The notes beneath the pieces are model-generated. The model worked only from the letters and a program-made list of their open reading frames with translations, made no database searches and was not told where the DNA came from. 64,000 nucleotides of DNA, taken from an uncultured Candidatus Entotheonella sp. (GTDB lineage: Bacteria; Tectomicrobia; Entotheonellia; Entotheonellales; Entotheonellaceae). This document shows positions 9,873 through 20,541 of this stretch, piece after piece (the stretch's first letter is position 1; each line of letters begins with the position of its first letter). Made by a program: the position numbers and the translations under genes. The DNA lies in assembly GCA_965217185.1 (NCBI GenBank), contig OZ244252.1, positions 1,280,001-1,344,000 on the forward strand, given 5' to 3'.

Positions 9873-10981
9873 CGCTCCCAACCTCTGGCGATCACCTCGG
9901 AAAACTTCAGGCCGCTCTCAAAGAGATGGCCTTCCGGCCTACGCGCCGTTACAACGCCCGATGTCTCGCGTTCGAGCAGCAGGCCGCAGTCAGCCCCCAG
10001 GTAGTCAATCAACTCTGGGTGATGCGAGCACAGCACGGCTTGAGGCAGGGCCTCACCGCAGACATCGGCGAGGCTCATCAGCCAGGGTTGGATCTCGGCC
10101 AGTGCTACATAGTTGTCCGGCTCGTCGACAAAAAGCGCGGAGCCTTGAACGGCGGCAAAGTGCACTAGGGCGTACAGGCCAATGAGCGCTTGTTGGCCGT
10201 CGGAGAGTTCGTCGAACTGCAGCTCATAGCGACGGTCAAAGTCCTCGAATTCGATCATTAGCCCTATTGTGCGAGGAGCTACCCGCTCCACACGGATACC
10301 CGAGAATCCTCCCTCGATGACCTGCCGAAGCTGGTTGGTAAAGGGTAGCCCCAGGTCCGGGCGGTCTTGCAGGACGTGTTGGTACCGCTCGGCGAAGTTG
10401 TCGGCACCGCGGCTCAGGAACGAGCCCTCGCGCACCGATTCGGTGCGGAAGCTTGGTGGATGGAAGCTGGATACCGTTATTTTGCGCACGAAGTCGAGAA
10501 ACTTGGTCAAACGAGATTTCGCCCGGCGTGGCGCGAGCCGTGCCAGGGCCGACTCTGACCAGTCCGTCTTGAACGTAGGACCTGCGTCATGGTTGTCTTG
10601 ATAGAGTTGAACCTCGCCCAGTTCGCACTCTAATAATGGTTTGCCGTTCGTAGTCAGCCGCTCAAGGCGGATGCGCGCTCGCCGGGTGGATCGCTCATGT
10701 TCTACTTCAAGCCGGTAGTCGAAGCAGTCTGAGTCCAATTTAGCGCGCATCTCAAAGACCTGCAGGTTGCGCTCTTGCCAACGGGTTAAAGTGCTCGTCG
10801 GGAAGGCGACAGCGTCGGTGATTTTGACTTTACCGGAAAGAAGCTGGCGCAGGGCGTACACGACGTCCAGCACCGCAGTTTTCCCGACCCCGTTCGGACT
10901 CAGCAACAGAGTCAACTCCTGTAGCTGAAGTTCAAAGTTGACGAGGCACTTGTAGTTATCGACGTACAGCCTTTGCAGCAT
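9869..10981 (-). CDS. ABC/AAA_21-type ATPase
   Basis: N-terminal LQRLYVDNYKCL, Walker A SPNGVGKT, signature LSDGQQ, Walker B FVDEPD, H-loop SHHP. Confidence 0.85.
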   Translation of the reverse strand: MLQRLYVDNYKCLVNFELQLQELTLLLSPNGVGKTAVLDVVYALRQLLSGKVKITDAVAFPTSTLTRWQERNLQVFEMRAKLDSDCFDYRLEVEHERSTRRARIRLERLTTNGKPLLECELGEVQLYQDNHDAGPTFKTDWSESALARLAPRRAKSRLTKFLDFVRKITVSSFHPPSFRTESVREGSFLSRGADNFAERYQHVLQDRPDLGLPFTNQLRQVIEGGFSGIRVERVAPRTIGLMIEFEDFDRRYELQFDELSDGQQALIGLYALVHFAAVQGSALFVDEPDNYVALAEIQPWLMSLADVCGEALPQAVLCSHHPELIDYLGADCGLLLERETSGVVTARRPEGHLFESGLKFSEVIARGWER

Positions 10982-11239
10982 CGGTCTCTCCTGTCTCACT
11001 TGACAAAAGGTGAGTACTCTACACGTTCTTGATTAACGTGCGCGTCGCCCTCTCCAAGAGCTTGCTGCGGATACCCTTGGGCAATGACTGGTAGAAGTGG
11101 TACAACTCGCCGTCCGATGTTGAGTTCCGTCAAGATCATACCGTCCTTTTAGGCCCTAAGGGCCGGGCGTACGAAGTCGGAAGGCGATAGTAAAGGTAAA
11201 ATCCTGTGCGATGTGGGCCGACTCAATTCTGCTCTTACA

Positions 11240-12664
11240 CTACAGCGCCCGCCGCAGGGCTGCTTGGGCAGCGAAGTAGCCGCTCATGCCGTGCACCCCG
11301 CCACCCGGTGGCGTGGAGGCGGAGCAGATAAACAATTTCCTGTCCGGCATTGCGTAGGGCGTCAGCCGCATGGCGGGCCGGGTGAAGAGTTGACGCAAAT
11401 CCTGCACGCCGCCGCTGATATCGCCGCCCACATAGTTGGAATTGTATTGTTCCAGTGCCGTGGGCGCCATGACGTGGCGGGCCAACACGCGCTCCCGAAA
11501 TCCGGGTGCGAAGCGTTCGATCTGGCTTTCGATGCGTTCGGACATGTCGAATGTGGAGCCGTGCGGCACGTGACAGTAGGCCCAGGCGGTATGCTGACCG
11601 GCAGGCGCGCGAGTGTCGTCGAACAGGCTCGGCTGGGCCAGAATCACAAAGGGCCGTTCGCTTTGTTGACCGTTGAAGGCGTCCCGTTCGGCGTCGGCGA
11701 TTTCCTCCAGCGTGCCTCCGAGATGCACGGTGGCGGCGCGCTGACACGCCGCGGCGCGCCACGGGATTGGGCCGTCGAGCGCCCAGTCCATCTTGAAAAC
11801 GCCCGGGCCGTAACGATAGCGCGCCAGTTGGCGCCGGTAGGAATTTGGCAGGCGGTGTCCGGCCAGCCGTATCACTTGGCGTGGCGTCACGTTCAGGAGC
11901 ACGACGCGGCTCGGCGGCAATTCGTCCACGCAGGTAACCGGTGCGTTCGTTTGGATTTCTCCCCCCAGGGAGGTCAGATACGACGTCATGGCGTCGGCAA
12001 GGCGTCTCGAGCCGCCGCGCACGAGCGGCCAGCCAACTGCATGGCCTAGAATGCCCAATACCAGGCCGAACGCTGCAGTGGGCCGTTTGTCGAGGGGCAG
12101 AACCGCGTGCGCGGCCAGGCCGGCGAAAAGCGCCCGCGCCGCGTGGCCAGTAAACTTGGCTTCCGCCAAGGCCCGCGCCGAGTGCAGCCCGGGCAGGCCG
12201 AAGCGGGCCAGGAGCAAAGGGTTCCGTGGTATGCGCAAAGGGCCCAACAGCATGTTCATCAACGGTTCCCAGTGCCGCACCAGCGGGGCCATCAGGTCCA
12301 CGTAGGCGTTGCCGTCGGCGCCCAACGCGGCGCCCGTGCATTGCAGGGATCGTTTGAGTAGTAGCGCTTGGCCGTCGTCCATGGGATGCGCCAGTGCGGC
12401 GTCCGGTTCGATCCAGGTCACGCCGTGGTCGGCGAGGGGTAGCGAACGGAAGAACGGCGAGGCCCTGGCCAGTGGATGAATCGCCGCGCAGACGTCGTGT
12501 ACGAACCCGGGTAGGGTTAACGGCTTCGAGCGTAGCCCGCCGCCGACCGTTTCAGCGGCTTCGAGAACCAGCACCGAGCAACCGGCCCGCACCAGGGTAA
12601 TGGCGGCAGCGAGGCCGTTCGGACCGGAGCCGACCACAACTGCGTCGTAATCCACAGACGGCAT
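11240..12664 (-). CDS. Phytoene-dehydrogenase-like NAD(P)/FAD oxidoreductase
   Basis: GSGPNGLAAA, HDVCAAIHP, CSASTPPGGGVHGMSG. Confidence 0.9.
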   Translation of the reverse strand: MPSVDYDAVVVGSGPNGLAAAITLVRAGCSVLVLEAAETVGGGLRSKPLTLPGFVHDVCAAIHPLARASPFFRSLPLADHGVTWIEPDAALAHPMDDGQALLLKRSLQCTGAALGADGNAYVDLMAPLVRHWEPLMNMLLGPLRIPRNPLLLARFGLPGLHSARALAEAKFTGHAARALFAGLAAHAVLPLDKRPTAAFGLVLGILGHAVGWPLVRGGSRRLADAMTSYLTSLGGEIQTNAPVTCVDELPPSRVVLLNVTPRQVIRLAGHRLPNSYRRQLARYRYGPGVFKMDWALDGPIPWRAAACQRAATVHLGGTLEEIADAERDAFNGQQSERPFVILAQPSLFDDTRAPAGQHTAWAYCHVPHGSTFDMSERIESQIERFAPGFRERVLARHVMAPTALEQYNSNYVGGDISGGVQDLRQLFTRPAMRLTPYAMPDRKLFICSASTPPGGGVHGMSGYFAAQAALRRAL

Positions 12665-12863
12665 CAGGCGCCTCGTTTTTCGCAGGTGACGGAAGTAGAA
12701 GAAACCAGTGGCGATGTCAAAGCCTGGAGGTTGTCAATGCGTCGCCGAGGCCACAACAGCGCACTTTCCGGTTGACTCCGAACGCCGTCGCAAGCAGGAT
12801 GACAGCCTTCGACAGTCAGTCTCACCTTATTGCTAGGAAACGGGTCGTCCAACGCCCGCAAAG

Positions 12864-12965
12864 CGTCACTCCGGGCTTGCCCCGGAATCCAGCGACCTTC
12901 GTTCTGGGTAGACTTCCGGTCCTCCGGAGAACCTTTTGGACCCTTGGCTTCCGTTGGGGTGACGG
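12864..12965. repeat. REP-like palindromic element
   Basis: GTCACTCCGGGCTTGCCCCGGAATCCAG plus a degenerate inverted partner ending GGGGTGACG. Confidence 0.5.
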
Positions 12966-13046
12966 GACCCGCTTCCATCAATGTCACATGGCCTGCAGGC
13001 CATAGTGGTTCCAACAATGCGTCCCGCAAGAGCAGGAGTCCGTTTT

Positions 13047-14015
13047 ATGAAAGCTGTACGTGTCCACGAGTTTGGCGGCCCCGAGGCGATGAACTATGAG
13101 GAGGTTCCCACCCCTTCGCCGGGCGAGGGCCAGGTGCTGGTGAAACTGGCGGCCAGCGGCCTGAATTACATCGACGTTTACCAGCGCACCGGCTCGTATC
13201 CCAACGCCCTACCCTACACCCTCGGCTTGGAAGGCTCCGGCACCGTGGCGGGCGTGGGAGCCGGGGTCGCCGCGTTCAAGGAAGGCGATCCGGTCACATG
13301 GACCGGCGTGCCCGGTGCCTACGCCGAGTATGCCGTGGTGCCCGAGCAGCGCCTGGTGCGCATGCCCGACGGGCTGGACGTCAAAGTGGGTGCGGCAGCC
13401 ATGCTGCAGGGAATGACGGCGCACTATCTCATCAAGACCACCTACCCTCTCAAAGCCGGTGACGCCTGTCTGGTGCATGCCGCGGCCGGCGGCGTCGGTC
13501 TGTTGCTGGTACAGATGGCCAAGCAGTGCGGCGCGCGGGTGTTCGGCACCGTTTCCACCGAGGAGAAGGCCGCTCTGGCGCGAGACGCCGGTGCCGACGA
13601 CGTGATCCTCTACACTGAGCAGGATTTCGAGGCCGAGGTGAAGCGCCTGACCGACGGTAAGGGCGTACAGGTGGTTTACGACGCGGTGGGCAAAACGACG
13701 TTTGACAAAAGCCTGAACTGTCTGGCGCCGCTGGGTTACATGGTCCTCTACGGGGCTTCCAGCGGCCCGGTGCCGCCGTTCGATGCCGCCGTTCTCGGCG
13801 CCAAGGGGTCGTTGTTCCTCACCCGCCCCAGCCTGTTCCACCACATCGCCGACCGCGCCAGTCTCGAGGAGCGTGCCGGCGACGTCCTCAACTGGATCGC
13901 CGACGGCAGCCTCAAGCTGCGCATGGAGCACAACTTCGCCTTGTCCGAGGTGGCGGAGGCGCATCGCAGTCTGGAAGGACGAAAGACCACCGGCAAGGTG
14001 TTGTTGATTCCGTAG
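13047..14015 (+). CDS. qor: NADPH:quinone oxidoreductase (MDR / zeta-crystallin family)
   Basis: MKAVRVHEFGGPE, GLNYIDVYQR, HAAAGGVG, GSLFLTRPSL, TTGKVLL; RBS aggag. Confidence 0.9.
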   Translation: MKAVRVHEFGGPEAMNYEEVPTPSPGEGQVLVKLAASGLNYIDVYQRTGSYPNALPYTLGLEGSGTVAGVGAGVAAFKEGDPVTWTGVPGAYAEYAVVPEQRLVRMPDGLDVKVGAAAMLQGMTAHYLIKTTYPLKAGDACLVHAAAGGVGLLLVQMAKQCGARVFGTVSTEEKAALARDAGADDVILYTEQDFEAEVKRLTDGKGVQVVYDAVGKTTFDKSLNCLAPLGYMVLYGASSGPVPPFDAAVLGAKGSLFLTRPSLFHHIADRASLEERAGDVLNWIADGSLKLRMEHNFALSEVAEAHRSLEGRKTTGKVLLIP

Positions 14016-14025
14016 TGCAGCGGTA

Positions 14026-14053
14026 TGTCGGATTAGCAAAGCGTAATCCGACA
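14026..14053. repeat. REP-like palindrome between convergent genes
   Basis: TGTCGGATTAGCAAAGCGTAATCCGACA inverted repeat. Confidence 0.55.
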
Positions 14054-14103
14054 TACAGTTCTTAAAGGCGGGCGGGGACCGCAATGGCCCGCTCGCTTCA
14101 ACC

Positions 14104-15618
14104 TCAGGCTTCCTGCCTCCAGCGCGACTTCACGGCCTCGCGGTCTACCTCATGGGTATCGGTCCTCGGCAGCGCATCCGTAATCACGACCCACTTCGGT
14201 TTCTTGTAGCGGGCGATTCTGCCGGCCACGTAATCGATGATCTGTTCCTCGCTCAGACCACCGTCGCCGTACTCGACGACGGCCTTGATGGCCTCGCCCC
14301 ACTGGGCATCGGGCACGCCAAAGACGCACACACCATTCACGCCGGGTATCTCCATGATGACGGTCTCGACCTCGGCGGGATAGACGTTCTCCCCACCCGG
14401 CTTGATCAATTCCTTTTCCGGCTTGCGGCCCACGTAGTGCAGAAAGCCATCCTCATCAAAACGACCCACGTCGCCGGTGTGGTGCCAGCCGCCGCGGAAG
14501 GTGTGCTCGGTTTCTTCCTGCTGAGCATAGTAACCCTGAAACACCACGAATCCGCGCGCCAGAATTTCGCCCGCCGTGCCGACCGGCACCTCGCGGTCGT
14601 ATTCGTCAACCAGCCGCACGCGGCATAGCGGCGCCACTCTGCCCGCTGCGCCCGGCCGGTCGGCAGCACGCTGCAGGGTGATGAAGCCGCTGGTTTCGGT
14701 CTGGCCGTAGCCTGTCCAGAACTGCGCTTGGGTATTGGCGTGCAGGCGTCCGATGGCCTCCGGACCTTCGAGACCGGCCACATGCTTCAGACTGGGCAGA
14801 CGGCTGCCGGCCGCCTCCGCGGCGTCCAAAACCGAACTGAGGACGGGGGGAAAACTGGTGAGATAGGTGACGTTGTGCGCGTCTATCAGTTGCACGGCTT
14901 GGGCGGCGTCGAAACGGGCCGTCAGTACGTTGGCGCCACCGGCGTGCATGGTGGCGAACGCCGCCCCTAAAGCCGCGATGTGAAACAGGGGCAGGGCGAG
15001 AAGGTTGCAGTCGGATTCGGTGAGACCCATGCAAACCATGGTTTGCAGGTTGGCCGCCATCAGATTGTTGTGCGTCAGCACGGCGCCGCGCGGGATTACG
15101 TCCACCGCGGCGGTGGAGATCACCGCGAACGGGTCGTCGCCCATAACCGTGCCGGATGCATCGGCGGGCTCAGTATCGGCGTACAGCGTGTCGAAGGCAG
15201 CGAACGGGCCGGAGGGGGTTCCGAACGTATACCAGTGAGTAATGCCGCTGCTCGTCGGCCAATCCGCTACCGCCGGCTGCGTGGCGGCATCGACGACCAT
15301 CATGCTCGGCTCGGCCCGCGCGACGATGCGGAGGACCTCATCTGCCGTCAGGCGCCAGTTGATCGGATAGGCCAGAATGCCAAGCTTGGCGCAGGCGCCG
15401 TAGAGGTCCAGGTAGCCGGGGTGGTTTTGCGCCAGAATGCAGATGCGCTCGCCTTTCCGGATCGGCAATGCCGCCAAGCCGCTCGCCAAGGCATCGACGC
15501 GGGCAAGAAACTCGCGGGAATTAATCTCACCCTGTTCGTGAATAACCGCCGGCCGTCCGCCGAATTGTGCGGCGTTGCGCAGCAGCATGTCATACAGCGT
15601 GAACGTCTGCACCGACAC
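14104..15618 (-). CDS. AMP-binding acyl-CoA ligase family protein
   Basis: GYGQTETSG, WHHTGDVG, IKPGGENVYPAEVE; GTG start after AAGGAG. Confidence 0.85.
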   Translation of the reverse strand: MSVQTFTLYDMLLRNAAQFGGRPAVIHEQGEINSREFLARVDALASGLAALPIRKGERICILAQNHPGYLDLYGACAKLGILAYPINWRLTADEVLRIVARAEPSMMVVDAATQPAVADWPTSSGITHWYTFGTPSGPFAAFDTLYADTEPADASGTVMGDDPFAVISTAAVDVIPRGAVLTHNNLMAANLQTMVCMGLTESDCNLLALPLFHIAALGAAFATMHAGGANVLTARFDAAQAVQLIDAHNVTYLTSFPPVLSSVLDAAEAAGSRLPSLKHVAGLEGPEAIGRLHANTQAQFWTGYGQTETSGFITLQRAADRPGAAGRVAPLCRVRLVDEYDREVPVGTAGEILARGFVVFQGYYAQQEETEHTFRGGWHHTGDVGRFDEDGFLHYVGRKPEKELIKPGGENVYPAEVETVIMEIPGVNGVCVFGVPDAQWGEAIKAVVEYGDGGLSEEQIIDYVAGRIARYKKPKWVVITDALPRTDTHEVDREAVKSRWRQEA

Positions 15619-15644
15619 GGGGTTCTCCTTCCTTGGCGTGGGAG

Positions 15645-16322
15645 CTACGCGGCAATCGGCGTGGTGACGAAAACGCGGAAATTGGCGCGCAGCGACGCTG
15701 TCTCTCGGATGGCGAAGCCCGCCTCGGCCAGCAGCCATTGCCAATCCTCGGTGGTGTATTTGTTGTGCACCGGGAAGAGGCGGAACCAGCGCCGCAGGCT
15801 GTCCTGCCGTTCTTCGCCCTCCCCTTCGACGCGGGAGTCGAGGTACTCGGTCAGCGGTGCGCGCACCCAGTCGTTCAGGAAGAAAATGCCGTCCGGGGCG
15901 AGCAGGCGGCGGATTTCCCCAAGTACCGGCAGCGGCTCGTCCAGCAGGTGCAGAATGGCCGTCATGTTGATCAGGTGCACCGAGCCGTCGGCCAAGGGGA
16001 CGGGCTGCGCGGTCAGGTCGTGCACCGCGAGAGTCGGTTTCGGACCCGCGTAGGTCACCTCCTCCTGCGCATACGTGATCATGGCCGACGTGAGGTCATA
16101 TCCGTGCAAGGCGGAGCCGGGGAAACGCCGGCTGAGGTCGCGGAGAAACAATCCTGGGCCGCAGCCAAGGTCCACAATGGTGGGCCGGCCCGGCAGGTTT
16201 GGTGACACGTGCGTGTCGAAATAGCTCCGGAAGGCGTGGTCGTGGCGCTCGTCGTGACTGTCGACCATGCGCTCGACGAGTTCCGTATCCGACATGCCGC
16301 TGATGCTTTGATGGGTTGCCAT
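15645..16322 (-). CDS. Class I SAM-dependent methyltransferase
   Basis: VDLGCGPG motif I, RLLAPDG. Confidence 0.9.
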   Translation of the reverse strand: MATHQSISGMSDTELVERMVDSHDERHDHAFRSYFDTHVSPNLPGRPTIVDLGCGPGLFLRDLSRRFPGSALHGYDLTSAMITYAQEEVTYAGPKPTLAVHDLTAQPVPLADGSVHLINMTAILHLLDEPLPVLGEIRRLLAPDGIFFLNDWVRAPLTEYLDSRVEGEGEERQDSLRRWFRLFPVHNKYTTEDWQWLLAEAGFAIRETASLRANFRVFVTTPIAA

Positions 16323-16446
16323 AGTCTCCTCGGGGATTCCTTCCTTTGGGGGTAAGCTGCACTATAATGGCGCGGCTAATATACATCAGCAAAATGTTCG
16401 ACAACAGGGTTGGCGTGCGCCGTCGGCGCCAGCGTGAGGACGACGG

Positions 16447-17460
16447 ATGGCACCCTTCCAACTCCAATCGCCGCTTGACATGCACCTACACTTACGCGAG
16501 GGCGAACTGCTGAGCCTCGTGGCGCCGCTGAGCGCCCGCACCTTTGCCGGCGCGGTGATCATGCCCAACCTGGTGCCGCCTGTCGACAATGCGACACGCC
16601 TCGATAGTTACCGCGCCGCTGTCGACGCGGCCGCTGGGGATGCAGTCTTCGAACCCTACATGACGCTATTCTTCCGCCCATACATCGCGGACGAGCTTGA
16701 GGCCATGCACTCGCGCATCATCGGCATCAAACTTTATCCGGCCGGCGTCACCACCAACAGCGAAGCCGGTGTGCGGGCGTTGCAAGAGGCCGAGCCGACG
16801 CTGGGCTTGATGCAGGAGCTTGACATTCCCCTGCTGGTGCACGGCGAAAGCACGGGGTTCGTTATGGATCGCGAGGCGGAGTTCATGCCGGTGTATGAGC
16901 ATCTGGCGCAAACGTTCCCGCGCCTGCGTATCGTGATGGAGCATATCACCACGCGGCAGGCGGTGGCGTTTCTCGACCGTCATGCCAACGTCTACGCCAC
17001 CGTCACGCTGCATCACCTCGTTCTGACTCTTGACGACGTGGCGGGGGGCCTGTTGGCGCCGCACCTGTTTTGCAAACCCATCGCCAAGCGTGCGGAGGAC
17101 CGCGATGCCTTGCTCGCCGCCGCCCTCAGCGCCCATCCCAAGCTGATGTTCGGGAGCGACTCGGCGCCGCATCCGCAGCACAACAAAGAATGCGCCGGCT
17201 GCGCTGCCGGGGTGTTCACGGCGCCGATGGCGCTGCCGATGCTCGTCGAACTTTTCGACAAGCACGACGCCCTGGATAACCTGCAAGCCTTCGTTTCCGG
17301 GAACGCCCGGCGTATCTATCGCCTGACGCCTGCGCCCAAGACGGTTTCTTTCGTCAAGGAAGCAACCGTCGTTCCGTCGCAATATGGCACGGTCGTACCG
17401 TTCGGCGCCGGCAAAACCGTCGCGTGGCGATTGCCTGAAACCGGCCAAACACCCGTTTGA
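16447..17460 (+). CDS. pyrC: Dihydroorotase (type II)
   Basis: [46 protein letters not shown]. Confidence 0.95.
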   Translation: MAPFQLQSPLDMHLHLREGELLSLVAPLSARTFAGAVIMPNLVPPVDNATRLDSYRAAVDAAAGDAVFEPYMTLFFRPYIADELEAMHSRIIGIKLYPAGVTTNSEAGVRALQEAEPTLGLMQELDIPLLVHGESTGFVMDREAEFMPVYEHLAQTFPRLRIVMEHITTRQAVAFLDRHANVYATVTLHHLVLTLDDVAGGLLAPHLFCKPIAKRAEDRDALLAAALSAHPKLMFGSDSAPHPQHNKECAGCAAGVFTAPMALPMLVELFDKHDALDNLQAFVSGNARRIYRLTPAPKTVSFVKEATVVPSQYGTVVPFGAGKTVAWRLPETGQTPV

Positions 17461-17486
17461 CACCCGTTTGATGTTAGTGGTATACA
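17457..17486 (+). promoter_or_regulatory. Candidate sigma70 promoter for the DUF58/VWA operon
   Basis: TTGACA-N18-TATACA. Confidence 0.4.
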
Positions 17487-17600
17487 AAGGCCTTGTGACA
17501 GGTCGTCTATGACTTCCTGCCACATTGTTATCCGAGTGTGAAGAATCTCAACCCAGGCTCCCCCGCTGCAGCCACCAAAAAGAACGGTACCGATTTCTCC

Positions 17601-18491
17601 ATGATTTCGTCGGAACTCTACCATCAAGTACGCCGTCTGCACATCCGCACAAACCGACTGGTCAACGAAACATTTGGGGGCGAATACCTGAGCGCTTTCA
17701 AAGGCCACGGCATGGAGTTCGCCGAGGTGCGCGAATATGCGCCCGGCGACGACGTGCGCAGTATTGATTGGAACGTCACGGCGCGACGGGGTCACCCGTA
17801 CATCAAGCGATATGTAGAGGAGCGAGAATTGACCGTCATGTTGCTGGTCGACCTCAGCGCCTCCGGGCAATTTGGCAGTGTCAACCGGCTGAAGACGGAT
17901 ATTGCGACGGAAATGTGCGCGGTTCTGGCGCTGAGCGCCATCAGCAACAACGACCGCGTCGGGCTGCTGCTGTTCACAGACAAGATCGAAAAATTCGTGC
18001 CGCCGCAGAAGGGCAAGCGTCACGGGATGCGGATCATGCGGGACCTGCTGTATTTTCAGCCGCAACAGCGGCGCACGGATGTGAGTTTGGCGTTGGACTT
18101 TCTGCATCACATCAGTCGGCGTCGCACGGTCAGTTTCCTGGTTTCCGACTTCATGACGTCGGGGTACGACATGCCCCTGCGCGTCGCGCACCGGCGCCAC
18201 GACATGATCCCGATCAGCATTGCCGACCGCCGTGAGGCCAGCCTGCCGCAGCTCGGTCTGGTCGCCCTGCAGGACCTAGAGACCGGTGAATATATGCTGG
18301 TTGACACGACCAGCAATGCGGTACGTGAGAACTACCAACGCCGCCGGGAAACCGCGGTCGAACAGCGCCAGCACTTGTTCAAGTCGCTGCGCATCGATTC
18401 CATTGAGGTGAATACGGAGGAGCCCTATATTCGTCCCCTGCTGCGATTCTTCCGGCAGCGGGAGCGGCGCGGCGCCAGGGCCTGGGCGTAG
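17601..18491 (+). CDS. DUF58 protein (MoxR-associated; MxaS-like)
   Basis: FKGHGMEFAEVREYAPGDDVRSIDWNVTAR, EERE, VDLSAS, VSDF. Confidence 0.9.
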   Translation: MISSELYHQVRRLHIRTNRLVNETFGGEYLSAFKGHGMEFAEVREYAPGDDVRSIDWNVTARRGHPYIKRYVEERELTVMLLVDLSASGQFGSVNRLKTDIATEMCAVLALSAISNNDRVGLLLFTDKIEKFVPPQKGKRHGMRIMRDLLYFQPQQRRTDVSLALDFLHHISRRRTVSFLVSDFMTSGYDMPLRVAHRRHDMIPISIADRREASLPQLGLVALQDLETGEYMLVDTTSNAVRENYQRRRETAVEQRQHLFKSLRIDSIEVNTEEPYIRPLLRFFRQRERRGARAWA

Positions 18492-18546
18492 TGTAAGCCC
18501 GCACTTCCCTTGGCTGCCCCATGTCATGCAATTGGAGCCTGCTCGT

Positions 18547-19575
18547 ATGTATTTTGCCGCTTCACCCAACACTTACCTGTTGGTCCTGGTCCCCGTCGTG
18601 CTGGCGTTGTACGTCTATGCCTTCGTCCGCAAGCACCAAGCCCTGACGGCCTTCATGGACCCGTCGCTGATCTCGCGCCTTTTGCCCGGGCGCAGCCGCA
18701 GACGGCAATGGGCCAAGGCGCTGTGCATGGTTGGCGCCGTGGCCGCCCTGGTGGTGGCGCTGATGCAGCCGCAGTGGGGCATTGATTGGCAGGATATCCC
18801 GCGGCACGGACGCGATCTCATCATTCTTTTGGATGTTTCGATCAGCATGAAAGCCCAGGACGTTTTGCCGAACCGTCTCGAACAGGCCAAACAGGCGGTC
18901 GCGAAACTGGTGGAATATCTGCAGAAAACGGGCGGGCACAGGTTGGGCCTGGTTGCCTTTGCCGGCAGGGCAAGCTTGCAATCCCCGATGACGCTGGACT
19001 ATCCCTTTTTTCTCAAACGCCTCGAACAGGTGGGGCCGGAAACCGTCACGCGCGATGGTACGTCGATCGGCGCCGCCATCCGGCAGGTTCTTGAAGGCTT
19101 CAGCAAGATTGAACACGAGTACACCGACATCATCATTCTGACCGACGGCGAAGACCACAACAGCTTCCCCCTGGAAGCCGCCCGTCTGGCCGCCGCCAAG
19201 AAAATGAACCTCTACACGGTTGGCATCGGCGACGCCAGTCAGGGTCACTTGGTGCCGATCAAGTGGACGGAGGAGGGTTTGCCCTACTTCGCCAAGTATA
19301 AGGGGCAGGCGGTACGGTCGCAGATGAACCAGAGTCTGCTGCTGGAAATGGCCCGGCTGACGGACGGCGCCTATCTCCCCGGCGGAACCCGCGAGGTGCC
19401 TCTCGATCGGCTCTACCGCGACGAGATCGCCGACAAGCCCCGGCGCAATATCGAGGTCTCCGAGCGCGAACACCTCATTCACCGCTATCACTGGTTTGTG
19501 TTGGCTGCCGTGCTGCTGCTTGCCGCCGACATGTTGCTGCGCGAGCGGAAAATCCCCGTGGAGAGGCAGATATGA
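18547..19575 (+). CDS. VWA-domain membrane protein (BatB/MxaL-like)
   Basis: N-terminal TM segments, QPQWG, MIDAS DVSISM, PNRLEQAK, LTDGED. Confidence 0.88.
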   Translation: MYFAASPNTYLLVLVPVVLALYVYAFVRKHQALTAFMDPSLISRLLPGRSRRRQWAKALCMVGAVAALVVALMQPQWGIDWQDIPRHGRDLIILLDVSISMKAQDVLPNRLEQAKQAVAKLVEYLQKTGGHRLGLVAFAGRASLQSPMTLDYPFFLKRLEQVGPETVTRDGTSIGAAIRQVLEGFSKIEHEYTDIIILTDGEDHNSFPLEAARLAAAKKMNLYTVGIGDASQGHLVPIKWTEEGLPYFAKYKGQAVRSQMNQSLLLEMARLTDGAYLPGGTREVPLDRLYRDEIADKPRRNIEVSEREHLIHRYHWFVLAAVLLLAADMLLRERKIPVERQI

Positions 19576-19593
19576 GAGACAGAAAGGGACAAC

Positions 19594-20412
19594 ATGACGA
19601 GTAAAGGCATGCTGTTGGCGTTAGCGGTTCTGGTGTTGCTACCGCTCCACGTGCAGGCTGAATCGCCTTACAAGGCTGTGCAACGGGGCAATGAATTTTA
19701 CGAGGCGGGTGAATACGACGCCGCAGGGCTGCATTATGCCGCCGCCAGCGAGGCCCTCCCCGAGGCCGCCGAGATTTACTTCAACCAGGGAAACGTACTG
19801 TACAAGAAGCGCAAATTCCTCCAGGCCCTGGCGCATTACACGAATGCTTTGCAATCGGTTGACGGCGTTTTGGAAAGTCGCGTCAAGTACAATCTCGGTA
19901 ACGTCGAGTACCGCCGCGCCCTGATTGCGATGAGCACGCCGCAGGACTCCATGCTGCTGTTGCGGTCGGCCATCACGTACTACCGCGACAGCTTGGCGGT
20001 CGACCCGCAACAACAAAACGCCCGCTACAATCTGGAGTTGGCGCATCGCCTGCTGCGCCAACTGTACGATGAATTACAAGAGGACCGGCGGGATAACGCC
20101 GATGACGGCCGTAATTCGGAACGGAAATCGGAAAGCGACGAGTCGAAGCAGCGGCAGTCTGAGCAACGCGACTCGCGGAAGGATAGCAAGGAAGACGAGG
20201 GTCAGGCGGGCAGTGAGGCATCACGGAGCGTCATGTCCGACAGCGGTATGGAGGAGTCGCCAGAAGACATGGAAATGCCCGAGGACCTGAGTCTGGAAGA
20301 AGCCGAAATGAAACTAAACGAATTTCGTGATCGGGCGAAAAAGATCGCGGAAATGCGCCAGGAATGGAAGAAGGCTCGCATGCGCGACGGCAAGGTGGAG
20401 AGATACTGGTAA
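19594..20412 (+). CDS. TPR protein with charged C-terminal tail (BatC/MxaK-like)
   Basis: Signal peptide; YFNQGN, YNLGN, ARYNLELA TPR motifs. Confidence 0.85.
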   Translation: MTSKGMLLALAVLVLLPLHVQAESPYKAVQRGNEFYEAGEYDAAGLHYAAASEALPEAAEIYFNQGNVLYKKRKFLQALAHYTNALQSVDGVLESRVKYNLGNVEYRRALIAMSTPQDSMLLLRSAITYYRDSLAVDPQQQNARYNLELAHRLLRQLYDELQEDRRDNADDGRNSERKSESDESKQRQSEQRDSRKDSKEDEGQAGSEASRSVMSDSGMEESPEDMEMPEDLSLEEAEMKLNEFRDRAKKIAEMRQEWKKARMRDGKVERYW

Positions 20413-20434
20413 TTCTGATTCTGCCGTAGTAAAG

Positions 20435-20467
20435 AAAGGCGCCTACAGTGGGTTATAGGCGCCTTTT
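20435..20467 (+). terminator. Intrinsic terminator-like hairpin
   Basis: AAAGGCGCCTA...TAGGCGCCTTTT. Confidence 0.6.
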
Positions 20468-20541
20468 CATCGTCATTGTTTCGGTGGGGCTGCCGATTTA
20501 TCGACATCGTTCGTGCCCATTTACTTTGGGAGTTCATCATC

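Noticed and set aside
11018..11125. Minus-strand reading NSTSDGELYHFYQSLPKGIRSKLLERATRTLIKNV that looks like a small DNA-binding protein
   Set aside because: In-frame stops lie immediately upstream and there is no start codon; at best a remnant
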